Source: Psammoneis japonica
Taxonomy: Eukaryota
Direction of reading: 5' to 3'
Assembly: GCA_008632985.1 (NCBI GenBank)
Contig: QPGO01000004.1
Span: 744,001 to 808,000, forward strand
Length of the DNA: 64,000 bases
This document shows positions 1-14,106 of the stretch, one piece after another. Under the pieces are notes generated by a model. The model worked only from the letters and a program-made list of their open reading frames with translations, did not search any database and was not told the origin of the DNA. Every line of letters starts with the position of its first letter. The stretch's first letter is position 1. The position numbers and the translations under genes were made by a program.

Positions 1-442
1 GGGGGTTGAGAGTGGGGGCAAAGCAGCGGCAGAAGACAGCACATGATGGGCAGAGTTGAGAGCGGCGGCAGAGGGTTGTTCCAGGATGAAAGAGAAAGCT
101 TGAAGCACTGGGGGAGAGAAAGTGAGTCACCGGAAGGAAGGGGGTAACTCCATGGGTGGCAAAATGGAAGGAGTGAAGAAGGGAAACAAGGAAGGAGGGG
201 GTGCAGTGGCGGAAGGATCAAAGACGAATCCATCCAATCAAAATCGATGACACGATCCAGATGTAGAATCCTACGGCCCATCCAAGTATGAATAAGGCAA
301 GCGTGAAGCGCTCGAACAGAAAATACCGGCACCAGCATCATCACCATCACACACCACCCACCCACTCCTGCAAAGAGGGTGTCGAAGCCATACGGTAAGG
401 GCCTTGGTAACGTTTGATTTTTCGGTAGGAGAAGGTGGTCGC

Positions 443-2757
443 ATGCATAGCGTAGGTTCTTCTCTGAAAATGAGCCAAACGAAGAATAATTCATTTGATT
501 ACGATGAATCGCTAGTTTCGATATGCGCGTCCTCCAGCTTGGCTTCGTTTGTCGCGGATACATCGAACTCGGACACGAGCGATACGGGAAACTATGCATG
601 CCAAAAGCTGTTGCAACAGCATGCGTCGCACTATGGAAGGCCCCTTGAAAAGAGTGATTTGCTTATAGAATACGATGGAAATGGATACCGAATTAGCTCA
701 AGGATGCAACGCTTTGTCGCCAGCGTGGTTCTTGTTGACCGACACAATCGGAATCCCCATCAGCACAGGATTTGCCTGAATCAGTTTTCCGACCTTGAAC
801 AAGACGACCTTCCTGTTTCCAATGGCGAAAATATTGCCGCATTTGAATCTTTGTGGAGTGATAATTTCGGCGAGGCTGAACGAAGACTTTTTGACAACCC
901 GACAACATCTTTTGTTCGTCTGCAGGACAAGAAATCTATCGTGAATGCTGCAGCAGCAATGAAATTGCTATCGAGTGACGACATTTCAATGGATCCCGGC
1001 AATGATCTGAGTGGGGTGACAGCTAAAAATTCCGGCAAATACCCTACGCTGAGGAACGCGGACTTGGATGTAAGCGACTATTCCAAGTACACCCAAGACG
1101 TAAAGTACGATGAAGATACCGACGTGACTCCCATCAAGGATACTTTTGACAGATACCTGAACTGGGCAACTTCTGATAACCCCGACGGAGTGTCCATTGT
1201 GCACCCCGTTATGGATCAGGTAAGTCTAGATTTTATGGTGCCCCCAATTTGGGAAAATCAAATCACTCACCCTCCATGTGTGCATTCGAACGAAAGGGTA
1301 AATGCGGGAGTTGCTGGGCTTTTGCTGCTACAGGTACGCTAGAAGCGAGCGCCGCTCGCCGGGCTGCGTTCCAAGCCTTTACAGATGTAACGAAGGAACA
1401 ATCAACGCAGGACGGTGCCCAAGGTGTGAACAAGAGTGCGCTAGTTTTGGCGCAAAAGTCAGAGAAAGAAACATTGGCGGTGGCGAACTTATCCGTGCAG
1501 GAGCTTGTCGACTGTGATACCGCTGTGGACCAGGGCTGTACTGGTGGAAATCCGCTGCTAGCATTTTATTTTATTCATCGTTTTGGACTGGTAAGTATTC
1601 AGTATCATGTCTGTCATGTATTTTTCGGATCTATCATTCATTCTGCTCTTCTTTCGTTGGTAGACATCGTGGGCGAACTACCCATACATGGGGGTTCAAG
1701 GAAAGTGTCTGATACATCGAGTTGCGGAGCCAATTGCTACGGTACAATCATGGGGTATCTTAACCCCGAACCATGAAGGTGAGTTACTGTTCGGTAGCAT
1801 AATAGACCTTGCGGTTCACGACTGGGCTTAGATTACGTTCGGCTCAATGAATTGCAATTCACATTGTGATTTACGTATCTTTACAGCGAATATGGAATTG
1901 GTACTTCGATATATTGGACCGATTGCAGTGGGAATAAATGGTGCTGATCCTACCTTCCTTGCTTATGAAGGTGGTGTCTTTGACAGCGAAGACTGCAGCC
2001 AAGCTGCCAATCACGCGCTCCTGATTGTTGGGATTGGCGAAGAAACAAATGAAGTGGATGGATCTGTGGTGAGCTTTCTTCATCTGGCAATGTTCAGATT
2101 GAATTCGTAAGAGAGGTTGGCTTTAACAGTTTCGTTGTGACTTTGAACAGGTGAAATACTGGATAGCTAGGAACACATGGGGCGTTGGATGGGGAGAGGA
2201 TGGATATATACGAATGAAGAGAGGAACCGGAGAGAAAGGGCAAGCCGGAGTCTGTGGCTTGGCGAAGAATCCAAGTGTTGCCTTAGGTGGGACATTGCTG
2301 GAAAGCACGGATTTTGAAACAAACACGCGAGTGGAGAAGTATGTGGAGAGAAGTCGTTCGCAGCAAATGCCGAACAGCGAGCTTAGGTCCCCTTGTAATG
2401 ACATTGACTTGGGCAAATTCCGGAATTTCCGCATAGAATGGTAAGATATCGACTAACATGTTGTACTATCTTCTTCTTGCCAGAAAGCTCACATGTGCTT
2501 TCCGCGTGCTCAGCATGATACAGTATCACAGGGCGACGATGATGGCCATCGCCAGCATTGTCACGGTGGTGCTTTTTGTGATTTGGCCATTGTCGACTGA
2601 ATGTCGTGCTCAACGGCGACGCATGCGCCGGATGAACCAGCGATTGCAAGAACCCATGTCACAGAGCCCGGAGGAGGCGTCACTGCTGGTTGCGGCAGAT
2701 GTTGAGACGGTATCTTATGGAGCCGACGTGCAAGCTTCCGAATCGATGTCGCAATGA
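443..2757 (+). CDS. Papain-family (C1A) cysteine protease with I29-like propeptide and C-terminal transmembrane helix; 6 exons
   Basis: Spliced motifs: [11 protein letters not shown] (catalytic Cys), [22 protein letters not shown] (His), [15 protein letters not shown] (Asn); LNQFSDL propeptide motif. GT-AG introns at 1220-1296, 1591-1663, 1779-1886, 2069-2150, 2441-2513. Start codon uncertain (443 or 470). Confidence 0.9.
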
Positions 2758-2972
2758 AGGCTAGCGCCGCCCGTACCTCGAAAGCCGTGTCCAGTAGCGG
2801 AAAATCTTTGGAAAAAGATCAATACATTGAGCTTTCCCGTGCTGAAGGAGGACGTCATTGTCGGTATTCGAGGCTAACAACCGACAGAAGGCGGCATCAT
2901 TGGCACAGCCAAATCGTTTCTTTCTAAAAAAGAGGGTTAGCTTATGTTAGCAGCATTAAAGTAGTAAGCAGT

Positions 2973-4199
2973 TCACACTTCGCTAGTCCGTTTAACTTTT
3001 TCTGCATCGTCCTCATGTTCTTCAGCATTTTCCATCACGGTCGTAGTCCAGCTCTTTCTACTATCCATAGCTTCATTAGCTAACCCTACAGCAAACACCA
3101 AACGTAAGATTCAGATTCTCTGTGAATGTATCTCGAAACTCAGAAAACAACTTACCGTCAGCGATTTTATTATCTTCACGGTAAACGTGTTGAAAGGATA
3201 CGACGGCATTCGCGGTTTTCTGCAAATCCCCGACTAACGACATTGCCTGTTCATACAACGGAATGAGTTTTTTATTCTTGCACTTGTATATCCCGTTGAG
3301 TTGCTTAATCAATAAATCTGAGTCGCCATACACTTTCACATGCACCGATTGCCTTCTCGCTGCGGGATCAGTTTGTGAAGCACTTGTTTGGAAGTACTCT
3401 CGTACAATGGACTGGGCGTGATTCAAACCACATAGTAATCCTTCATACTCAGCAACATTATTCGTCGCTCTAGTCCCTAGGTACTTTCGAATATGTATCT
3501 TTCGTTCTTTGTCATTCCCTCTTTCATCTTCTTGGCCTCTTTCTTTCACCGCCACCTCTGCTCCCGACCCAGCCAAGCCTAACGGACAAAAGTTGCAGCA
3601 ATTCACTATGTTTAGATCAAAAGCATAATCTTTACAGCTCTCTTCAAAGCACGTACCGGGATTTCCTCGAGAACCGCCGTCAAAGTGGATGACAATGGAT
3701 AACCCGCAATTCTCGTCTGTCGAGTGTGTCTTGGGAACTGTGTGCCTATTAGCTGTGGGGTTCTTTGTTTTCAATTGCGGTGGGCGCGCCCTTTGCCATT
3801 CAGCCCCGGTTGCTGTTCCTCCACCGATAAATTGCTGCGCCTCCGACAGCGTTTTGAACCCCTTGAATCTAGCATTCGTGAATCCTTTTACCTGCAATGC
3901 CGAAGCAGAAATTGATGTGTCAGGGTGTCCCAGAATAAGACCGTTTCGTTGTTGTTGGTTGATGCAGAGATCGTTTCATCCAGAATAAAGCTACAAGGAA
4001 ATCCTAGTAACTTATCTACGGCAAGATCCGCGACCAACAGCCCAGCAAAGCGTACTGAACCTCCCGTCTTGCGCCCCCGGGCAATAGTCGCATCGAAATC
4101 CTGAAAACATACCTGAGCTTCACACTCTTTCCAAGACGTGAAAATGCCGGTTCTTCTACCGCGTGACACAGCATAGAACTTCTTTGTAGTCTTGGGCAT
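2973..4199 (-). CDS. Ribonuclease H1: N-terminal hybrid-binding (viroplasmin-like) domain plus archaeal/plant-type RNase HI domain; 4 exons
   Basis: KFYAVSRGRRTGIFTSWKECEAQ|VKGFTNARFKGF; FDGGSRGNPG, TNNVAEYEGL, GDSDLLIKQLNG, HVYREDNKIAD|GLANEAMD. Introns 3892-4112, 3579-3656, 3086-3155. An upstream in-frame ATG near 4280 is possible. Confidence 0.9.
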
Positions 4200-4591
4200 T
4201 GCAGTGAGTACGAGCGGATATCTTTTGATGGGTTGTAGCGGACACCAGGCGCCCCATATGAGCAAACCCTTTAGCATCATGGCATGGTCTGCGATCTGCT
4301 CGTCTGCTCGTGATTCGTGATGCCCTCCGGCTCTTGATGATTTGAAAGAATGACGGAGGACAGACGCACGCATCTGCGTGATGAACGTACCGCCCGGTAT
4401 GTACTGTAGGGCCCTACCGTATGGTACGCGCGCGGGAGAAAGGTGGCGGGAAAATAGAAGATCGTATCCAGAATCAATCCGTATCCAGACTTGCATGCAT
4501 CGCATCAGCGCTCACTCACCTGCGGGTCTTGTGACCTGTGACTTCACCCCCCGGGTCTCTACTGGACTTACAATTAACTGTATTGACAACC

Positions 4592-6333
4592 ATGAGTGAA
4601 AAAAAGAGTGTAGATGAGGCTCCCTCTTCCGAGGAAGGCGAGCAAGGAAGTAGCAGCGAAGTTCTGGGGGTGTCGAAACACATACCAACGAGCCAAGCGA
4701 AAGAAAGTGGATGCGTACAAGAGGATGTCGGGAAGGAGGCCGTCCGCCGCTGCGAGAATGTCGTTCGTGGGATGAGAGCAGGATCGCCACGTGATATTTA
4801 CACTAGTCCCAATAAGGATGTCATGGGTTTGTTTCAATTTGAGGAACTGGATTTGGGAAGGTTACTCGGTAAGTGGGCGAAAGTGACAAGAATTGATAAG
4901 ATGTTGGGCTATAACAGCTGTATTGCATGGCTGAACAATCCGATTTTTGTTTCCATACTAAAAGGAAGCGGGGAATTTTCGAGTGTGTACGAGGTCAAAT
5001 CGTTTCAACTATCCGAAGGAATTGAATATACCGGCAAAGAGGAAAAAGCTAGAAAGTTCTTGGCGGAACATGCAGTACGAGAAGAAACCGATGATGCAAG
5101 GTATGCAATTAAGCACTTGAGGAAGGCTCTACTATCGGATCCGGACACCTTTTTAATTGGAGCCCAAGACCTTGCTCTCGAGGCACAGCTTCTTCAGTGT
5201 CTGCAACACCCTCATATCATTAAGATCCGTGGACTTGCTTCCGCCGGTTGGAACGGATATGCCTCTGGCCGGAATGTCGGGTACTTCCTTATTCTGGATC
5301 GTTTGAATGGAACGCTGGAAGATAGGTTAAAGTTGTGGTCAAGAAAGCAACGAAAATACCAGCGTTTTGTGAGGGTGCTTGACGTGCACCGAAAGAAAAG
5401 GGAAAGCTTGCTGGAAACTCGACTCAAGGTCTCTTTTGACATTGCGGGTGCTCTCGATCATTTGCATACAAGGTCAATCGTCTTCCGGGACCTTAAACCT
5501 CAGGTACTCACTTATGTGTCTTTTGCAATGTTGTACTGTGTGGGAGATCCTTATTTGCTCACATCTTGCAAATCCTCTTTAAATGTAACAGAACCTGGGT
5601 TTCGATGTACGGTAAGTTGATTGCCCAAGATAGCTGTCGTCCATGTCTATGCAATACTGACCAAGTGTGCTCTATCGACGAATACTCTCTAGAGGGGACA
5701 TCAAAGTATTTGATCTGGGACTTGCAAAAGAGTTGCCAATTTATGATGAGGGCAAAGACGAACGTTTTGAACTTTCCGGAGCAGGTAATGCTACGATCTT
5801 TCATGCTGTTGTTGTTTCAATGATGCAGCTCACGCTCGCATTCGCCACCACCCAGGTTCGAGGCGTTATATGGCTCCCGAAATGGTCTTACAAAAACCGT
5901 ACAACCTCAAGAGCGACGTTTACTCATTTTCCATTTTGGTAAGCATGCACAAATGTTGTAAACATGCGCTCTACACTCTCCATTCACAAACCGGCTCTCC
6001 ATTCTCTAGCTATGGCAAATTCTCGCTCTGAAGGTCCCGTTCGAAAACTATTCTTCTAAACTACATATGGATGGTGTAATCATCGATGGAGAACGCCCCG
6101 AAATTGACAGTAAGTGGCCGAGAACTATTCAGAATATGCTGAGCATAGGGTGGTCCCCGGATCCTGCAGTGCGGCCTACGATGAGCAAGTTTTACGGTGC
6201 TCTTCGAAGAGAAGTGGCTGCTGTAAATGGCGGCAGTGACGACGATCTAGAACGTGAACATCGCCGTCGACGTTCGACGTACGTCATGCCTCGCTTCAAC
6301 TCATCATCTTCGGTATCTAAAGTTGGCTCCTGA
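4592..6333 (+). CDS. Ser/Thr (TKL-like) protein kinase; 6 exons
   Basis: LG|SGEFSSV, YAIK, FRDLKPQ|NLGFDV|RGDIKVFDLGLAKEL, G|SRRYMAPE, SDVYSF. Introns 4869-4964, 5504-5591, 5612-5692, 5785-5855, 5939-6009. Confidence 0.9.
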
Positions 6334-6842
6334 GTTTTCGCAGCTTTGATGATGTTAAATTGCGCCACCTCGTGCGAGCCCAAAACGTCAATGCTATCGC
6401 TTCAGCTGTGCAGTGTGCAGGTTTCCACAATAGGAGTAAACGATGTTAACCATCTCTAGCTAGAGACCTGCTGCTACCAACTTTTTGACCGTTTCTTTTT
6501 TGAAAAAGCTAACCTCGTCCGTCATGATTGTATGTAGGGGCGCACACTGATCCAACTCCATTGCTGCTGAGTTTCATCTATTGGATGAACCTAAACACCT
6601 TTAGAACAAGAGACGCTAGCTTTAGAGCCTATAAATATGTAAGAATCTTAAGTATTTTCATTGGTTTTCTTTTAAAAGTTCCTCTTGAACATTATGCAAT
6701 GCGCATGTTGGATCAATCGTACTTTCAATTTACTAAATCATGTAGCTCCTCGTTGTCAGATTCCTAACGTCTTGTTTTGTTTTCTGTCCAATGACGCAAG
6801 CACTATGTTTCAAATAGCGAATAGCAGCACCTCTCCCTATCT

Positions 6843-9392
6843 CTAGGCCTTGTTGAAAAAACATACCGGGCGTGTTCCCGGCACATATGGCTTCCTCCGC
6901 GGCCAAGCCCATTCTGGAAAATAGAGAAAGCCAGTTTCTTCACTGGTGTCAATCGTGACCAAAAACGGTCCCTCATCACCATCCCTATAAACATCGTGAA
7001 CAATAACTCCATAGAGATCTCCATCTGGACCAATCTCGATGCTAGAAAGGATATCACTAGGCACGACCTCGTGTTTCCAATTATAACGAAAGATGTAATT
7101 CCATTTCGTCGCCGTGCCCGTCTTAAGATCGATTTTGACCAGCTCATCAGCGTAAAAAAGATCAGGGTCGTCTTTCGCCAACCCCCAAGTGATTAAAGTA
7201 CGAGGGTCGTGGGCGAGAGCGAATACCCCCTTAATGCCGGTAAAGCCAATCTTTGTCAATTCACCAGTTGTGGTGTTTATGGTCGCGAGCTGGCTTCCAC
7301 TGTTATCCGAGAACACCGTGTACATCGCACCGCCGATGCTCTCCAAGCCACGGAAAGTGACATCCTTGGATTTTGTTATCTCTATCTCCTCTTTCGTGTT
7401 GGCATTGGATGGATCCATTCTCACTAATCCGTAAAAATCCAGTTTCCCGTTGGAAGTGTCTATCCGTCTGATGAGACTCCAGAGTACACCGTTCACAGCA
7501 TCATAGTGGATCGCATTTACGTCAATTTTGTAGGAAAGCAGCGGAAAGCGATGTCGGCTGTCGATCCATCCGGCTAAAGCAGAAGAAAATGTAGCAGGAT
7601 CAAAGTGGTACAACCGGTTGTGGCTGGCAAACAGAAAACTGTCACCACACGCCAATTGAAGAGCATCCAAGTTAGTCTTTCGAACACAACTCATGATTTC
7701 TGCCAGGTAATCTTTCCTCACAAATCTTGAGAGTTCTTTCCACACACATCGCCTGAACGTCATCTTTCTATCGGGGCCAACTCCTGGGTCACAATTTCGA
7801 AGCAGTGAAAACATGATGTCATTGACGGAACATCCATTACTCTTTGCCATCACGTTCGGAACACCACTATCACACGACAGTACGGTAATATTCGCATCCA
7901 TGTTGCTGGTCGGGCATTTATCCTTTGTGTTCGGAACACCGTCAAGGTCGCTATCCGGCTCGTACACCACGACTTTGTATTCTCCGTCGCGTTGAGCATC
8001 ACCATGTTGCCAAACTATCAAGGAGTACCATCCAGTATGGGGTAGAGAGGTATAGGTGCTCACACGCGGCTCCACAAGCTGCAAGTCGGGATTCGAGAAA
8101 CCGGCCCTAGTGTTGCTGGGGCTAGGGCGGTGGTTCTTGGTGATCCCATAGTAAAAGTCCATGTCAGCTTCTACTTCGGCCTCTGAATAATTCAAGTCAA
8201 TCCTCACATTGAGCCCTTCTTTCAGCCATATCTTCCAGTAATCAGGCGTTCCAGAAAGAGTGGAATTCTTTTGAAGTAGTCCTTCACCGGAAATACTCAA
8301 TTTCAACTTTCCTTTGTATTCGAGAGGCTTTGGTACAATCTTGAGGGTTGTGGATGTCACATTGATGAAGTCAATTCATTGTTAAGGCGAAAAGCATGAA
8401 AGAAGACAGGCTCAATCACAATTCTGTCACAAGCAATTGTTATCGAGTGTGCACGCAAATCCTCCTGACGGCTCGGCTTACCTTGTTTACTGAGATTGTG
8501 TACTTGCCGCTACTATTACAACTTCGCTCAGGGAGCCAGGTTATGCATGTGTACCACCCACTTTGGGGGACCGAGACAATCGTTTGGCGTCGAGTCTTGC
8601 TCGTTTCCGATTCTGGATAATCTCGCACCTCAGGCTCTACAAGTAGCAGGTCGGGATTCGGCAGGAGCTCCTCACCATATTTTACATATGCCGCTCCAGT
8701 GTGCGTTTCTGTGACTCCGTAGTAGAAGGCCATCCGAACTATGCTTAATTCTGCTTTCTTCGCTTCGACGTCAATCGTAATGTAGAGTCCTTTCTTCAAC
8801 CATATCTTCCAATAGTCAGGAGTTCCAGAAAGGATGGAACTCTTATTGAGTACTCCTTCTGCTGGTGTGTTCAAGGTTAGTTTGTCTTTGTATTCTAGAG
8901 GCGTTGGGTCACTCTAGAGGAGAAGTTATCGAAATAGCCATGGTGCAGACAAACGCGTGAAGAAACAAAAACACAATTTAGTTACACTTGCAGATGAATG
9001 GTGCAACACGGGGTTTCGCACATCATGCCACTTTTTCAGGCTGCTCTCACCTCTGGCGGGGCATATGCAGGAATTTCAACTAGAGAATCTTTTCCTACAA
9101 TATCATCCTGCTGTTGGTATATAGCAAAGAAAAGGTTTATTGGACGAGGACGAGTTAAGATTTGGCGGAATCTTGAAGTCGAACTTACATTGGCTTCAAG
9201 GACACGTTCGCGTTCTTCGTCAAGCCTGCTCCAGGCACCTAAGGGAATGCGTTTGCAATCAAGAAGACCTGTTGAGAACCTAAAACGAAGCAACCCAGTC
9301 TTATCCGCACCACAAAATGCGACAACAAACAACAACGTGCGTCTCCTACCTTGCAGATACAGGAGCACAAGAGACAAGTATTTCAGTTTCAT
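6843..9392 (-). CDS. Secreted multidomain protein: signal peptide, two tandem ~130-aa beta-rich repeats, TSP3-like Ca-binding motif plus Cys module, probable C-terminal beta-propeller; 4 exons
   Basis: MKLKYLSLVLLYLQ|GLLDC signal-like start. Introns 9269-9349, 8914-9050, 8340-8481 join the ORFs in frame. Repeat motif PLEYK.KL.L....EG.L.K.S.LSGTPDYWKIWLK.GL occurs twice; DSDLDGVPNTKDKCP. Confidence 0.7.
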
Positions 9393-9706
9393 AATTGTGT
9401 TCAAATCGGGAGGAGGTTGTTTGTCCTATTAGCAGTGCCTTGCGTTTCTGTAGTTGTCTTGTGGTCGATGATCTTTTTTTTTTTGAAACATGGAGAGCAT
9501 CCGGGAGCTGGGGGTTCGCATTTTGCTGATTCGCCCCAATAAATGTTAGAGAACATTTAGAGAATTCCCAGAACTGCAAAATACATTGGCGGCATTTGGT
9601 CAGCTACTCCTAACATTATAAATTTGCACTCAAACAACAACAACAACAGCATGCTTAAAGTCCTGTTACCACTCTATCTGCGGTAGAAGCGTAAAACAGA
9701 AGTTAG

Positions 9707-11813
<2,107 letters not shown>

Positions 11814-12289
11814 CAGCGAGACTCTCAACAAAACATGGGTTCTTCGTTATTCCTACTAAGAGCTTTTTTGTTAACGCTTGTTACATGGAACCTGCAAAAG
11901 CTCTGCACAACTGCTACTCTCTACTCTTACTTTAATAAAGTGAAATACTGTTAGCTAGCTTGCTGTCAACGAACTGCCGAACTAACTCTGAGCTCTCTAC
12001 TGCTGCGAGAGATAAGAAGCAAGCACGATAATCTTAGAGATAGCTAAAGCCTACCAGGTAGAGTAGAGTACTTCGTAAGTTTGAGTGAGAGATCGAAAAT
12101 TACGTCATCGGACTCACTTCAATGCATGACCGAGCTAGCCCGATAATCGGCTGTAGAAAGTGTACTGACGCCTTCGTAGAAAAAGAATTCTACGTTCATC
12201 TTCCTCCCGCTCATTTTTTCACAAACTTCCCCTCCGCAAAAAAGAACTTCTGAGATCAGCGCAAACGTAACGAAGTGAACAAAGGCATC

Positions 12290-13598
12290 ATGAAAGTCCT
12301 TTCTTCAGCAACAAATCTCTTGAGGCGTCATCACTCCACTGTAGCAAAAGATGGCAATGTCCGGTGGGGCATTTTGAGTGCTGGCAAAATATCATCCGAT
12401 TTCGTGAAAGCAATACAAATCACCAGCGGCGCTCAGGTTAGTGCCAACGCATGCCGCTCGTTCTGATCAAAAACTGTTCATAATTGCATCTCATGTTATC
12501 GCTGCTGTGCTTATCCTTTTGCGTACTGTAGGCTGAAGCTGTTGCGGCGAGATGCGGCAGCAAAGCACAAGACTTTGCGAACAAACACGAAATTCCAAAG
12601 TCGTATGGATCCTATTCGGATCTGCTCTCTGACCCCGACATTGATGTCGTTTATGTAGGAAGCGTTGCCGACCAGCATGCAAAGCTAGCCACTCAATCTC
12701 TCATGGCTGGAAAGCCAACCGTCGTGGAGAAGCCTTTCACTCTGAGCTACGATGAAACAAAGGAGCTTGTGACTTTTGCGAAGCGCCAAAATACATTTCT
12801 AATGTGAGTAGCCACTGTACTTGATGGGCAATGTCGTCATCAGTTATTTTTTGAAAGTCAAGCTGTACCTTACACGTTGTCTGCGACAATAGGGAGGGAA
12901 TGTGGACACGATGTTTTCCTGCTATGCGCACAGTACGAGACATGGTTGAGACCGGCCAGATTGGAAAGGTTGTAGTCGTCCAGGGCGACTTTGGTTGGTC
13001 AACAAAGGATTGTGGATCCGACGACCGTATCTGGTTCCCTGATTCTGGTGGTATGACGCTCGACATTGGTATGTACATGGCGCAGCTTGGTCAGGTGGCT
13101 TTTCCAAACGCCGATGTTGAAGCAGTTCAGGCCCTTGGCAACAAGAAAAACGGAGTCGACCACACGGTATTAGCGAATATTCAGTACTACAACAAACACG
13201 AAGAATCTAATGGAATGCTACAATTTTTTGTTACTGGAGAAGCCAATACTGAAGAGAGGGTTGTAATTCAAGGAACGAGCGGGAGAATTGTGCTTGATCC
13301 TCCTGCCCACGTTCCAACCAGGGTTCGGCTAGTAAAGGACCAAGGTCGAGGAGTTTCGACGGAGGAAGTGTTTGACTATCCACTTCCTGACGACTCTCAC
13401 ACAACGTGGAACTATCCGGGATCCATTGGATTCACCCATCAAGTAACAGCTGTGGGTGAGGCTCTTTGCAATGGTGACAAGGAATGTCACCACTTCACAC
13501 ACAATGACAGCCTGCAGGTTGCATCAATTTTGGATTCCATCAGGGATCAAGTTATTCAAGAGAATGCCTCTGAGCCGCAGCTGGCTTCGTTAGCTTAA
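12290..13598 (+). CDS. Gfo/Idh/MocA oxidoreductase (dihydrodiol / D-xylose dehydrogenase-like); 3 exons
   Basis: VRWGILSAGKISSDF, DPDIDVVYVG, VEKP, FLM|EGMWTRCFP, GGMTLDIGMY. Introns 12437-12531 and ~12804-12892. Confidence 0.88.
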
Positions 13599-14106
13599 CT
13601 GAACCCTTTAAGAGTAATACTGTACATTTGCTGAGTCCCTCGCGCTTTCGCTCTCACAGAACGTTTTGCCCGCCGAATCTGCTTCTGGCTGCTGAAACAA
13701 CTTTCAAAGAGCACCGAACGCGAAGACGCAGAAGAGAAACAACCACGATCAGGAGAAGCTTGATAAGAGGAAGCATCCCTTTCTACTTTTGTAGGTAATG
13801 TCGGATAATCATCATTGTTCCACAACACCGCTCATCTTGCATTCGAGCAAGGTGGCACATCGAGATTCGAGCAATAAGGTTCGATCCAGAGCGCGCGCGC
13901 CGATCGAATCTTTGCAAAAATGGACAGCACAGCACCGCACCGCCGAGCCAATTAAAAGCTCAAAAGTGCCAAGGAGAAGAGCCGACAACTTCATCTCTCG
14001 CCGCTCTACAGTAGAGGTTCGATTATCCTGTATCCTGTTTCTTCCTGTCCCATGGGCGTACCGGTGTTGATCTAGATTTTGACTGGGGTTATTGCCAAAA
14101 TTGAAA

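Noticed and set aside
2973..4199. RNase H as part of a retroelement
   Set aside because: It contains introns, has a cellular hybrid-binding domain, and there is no RT, integrase or LTR nearby.
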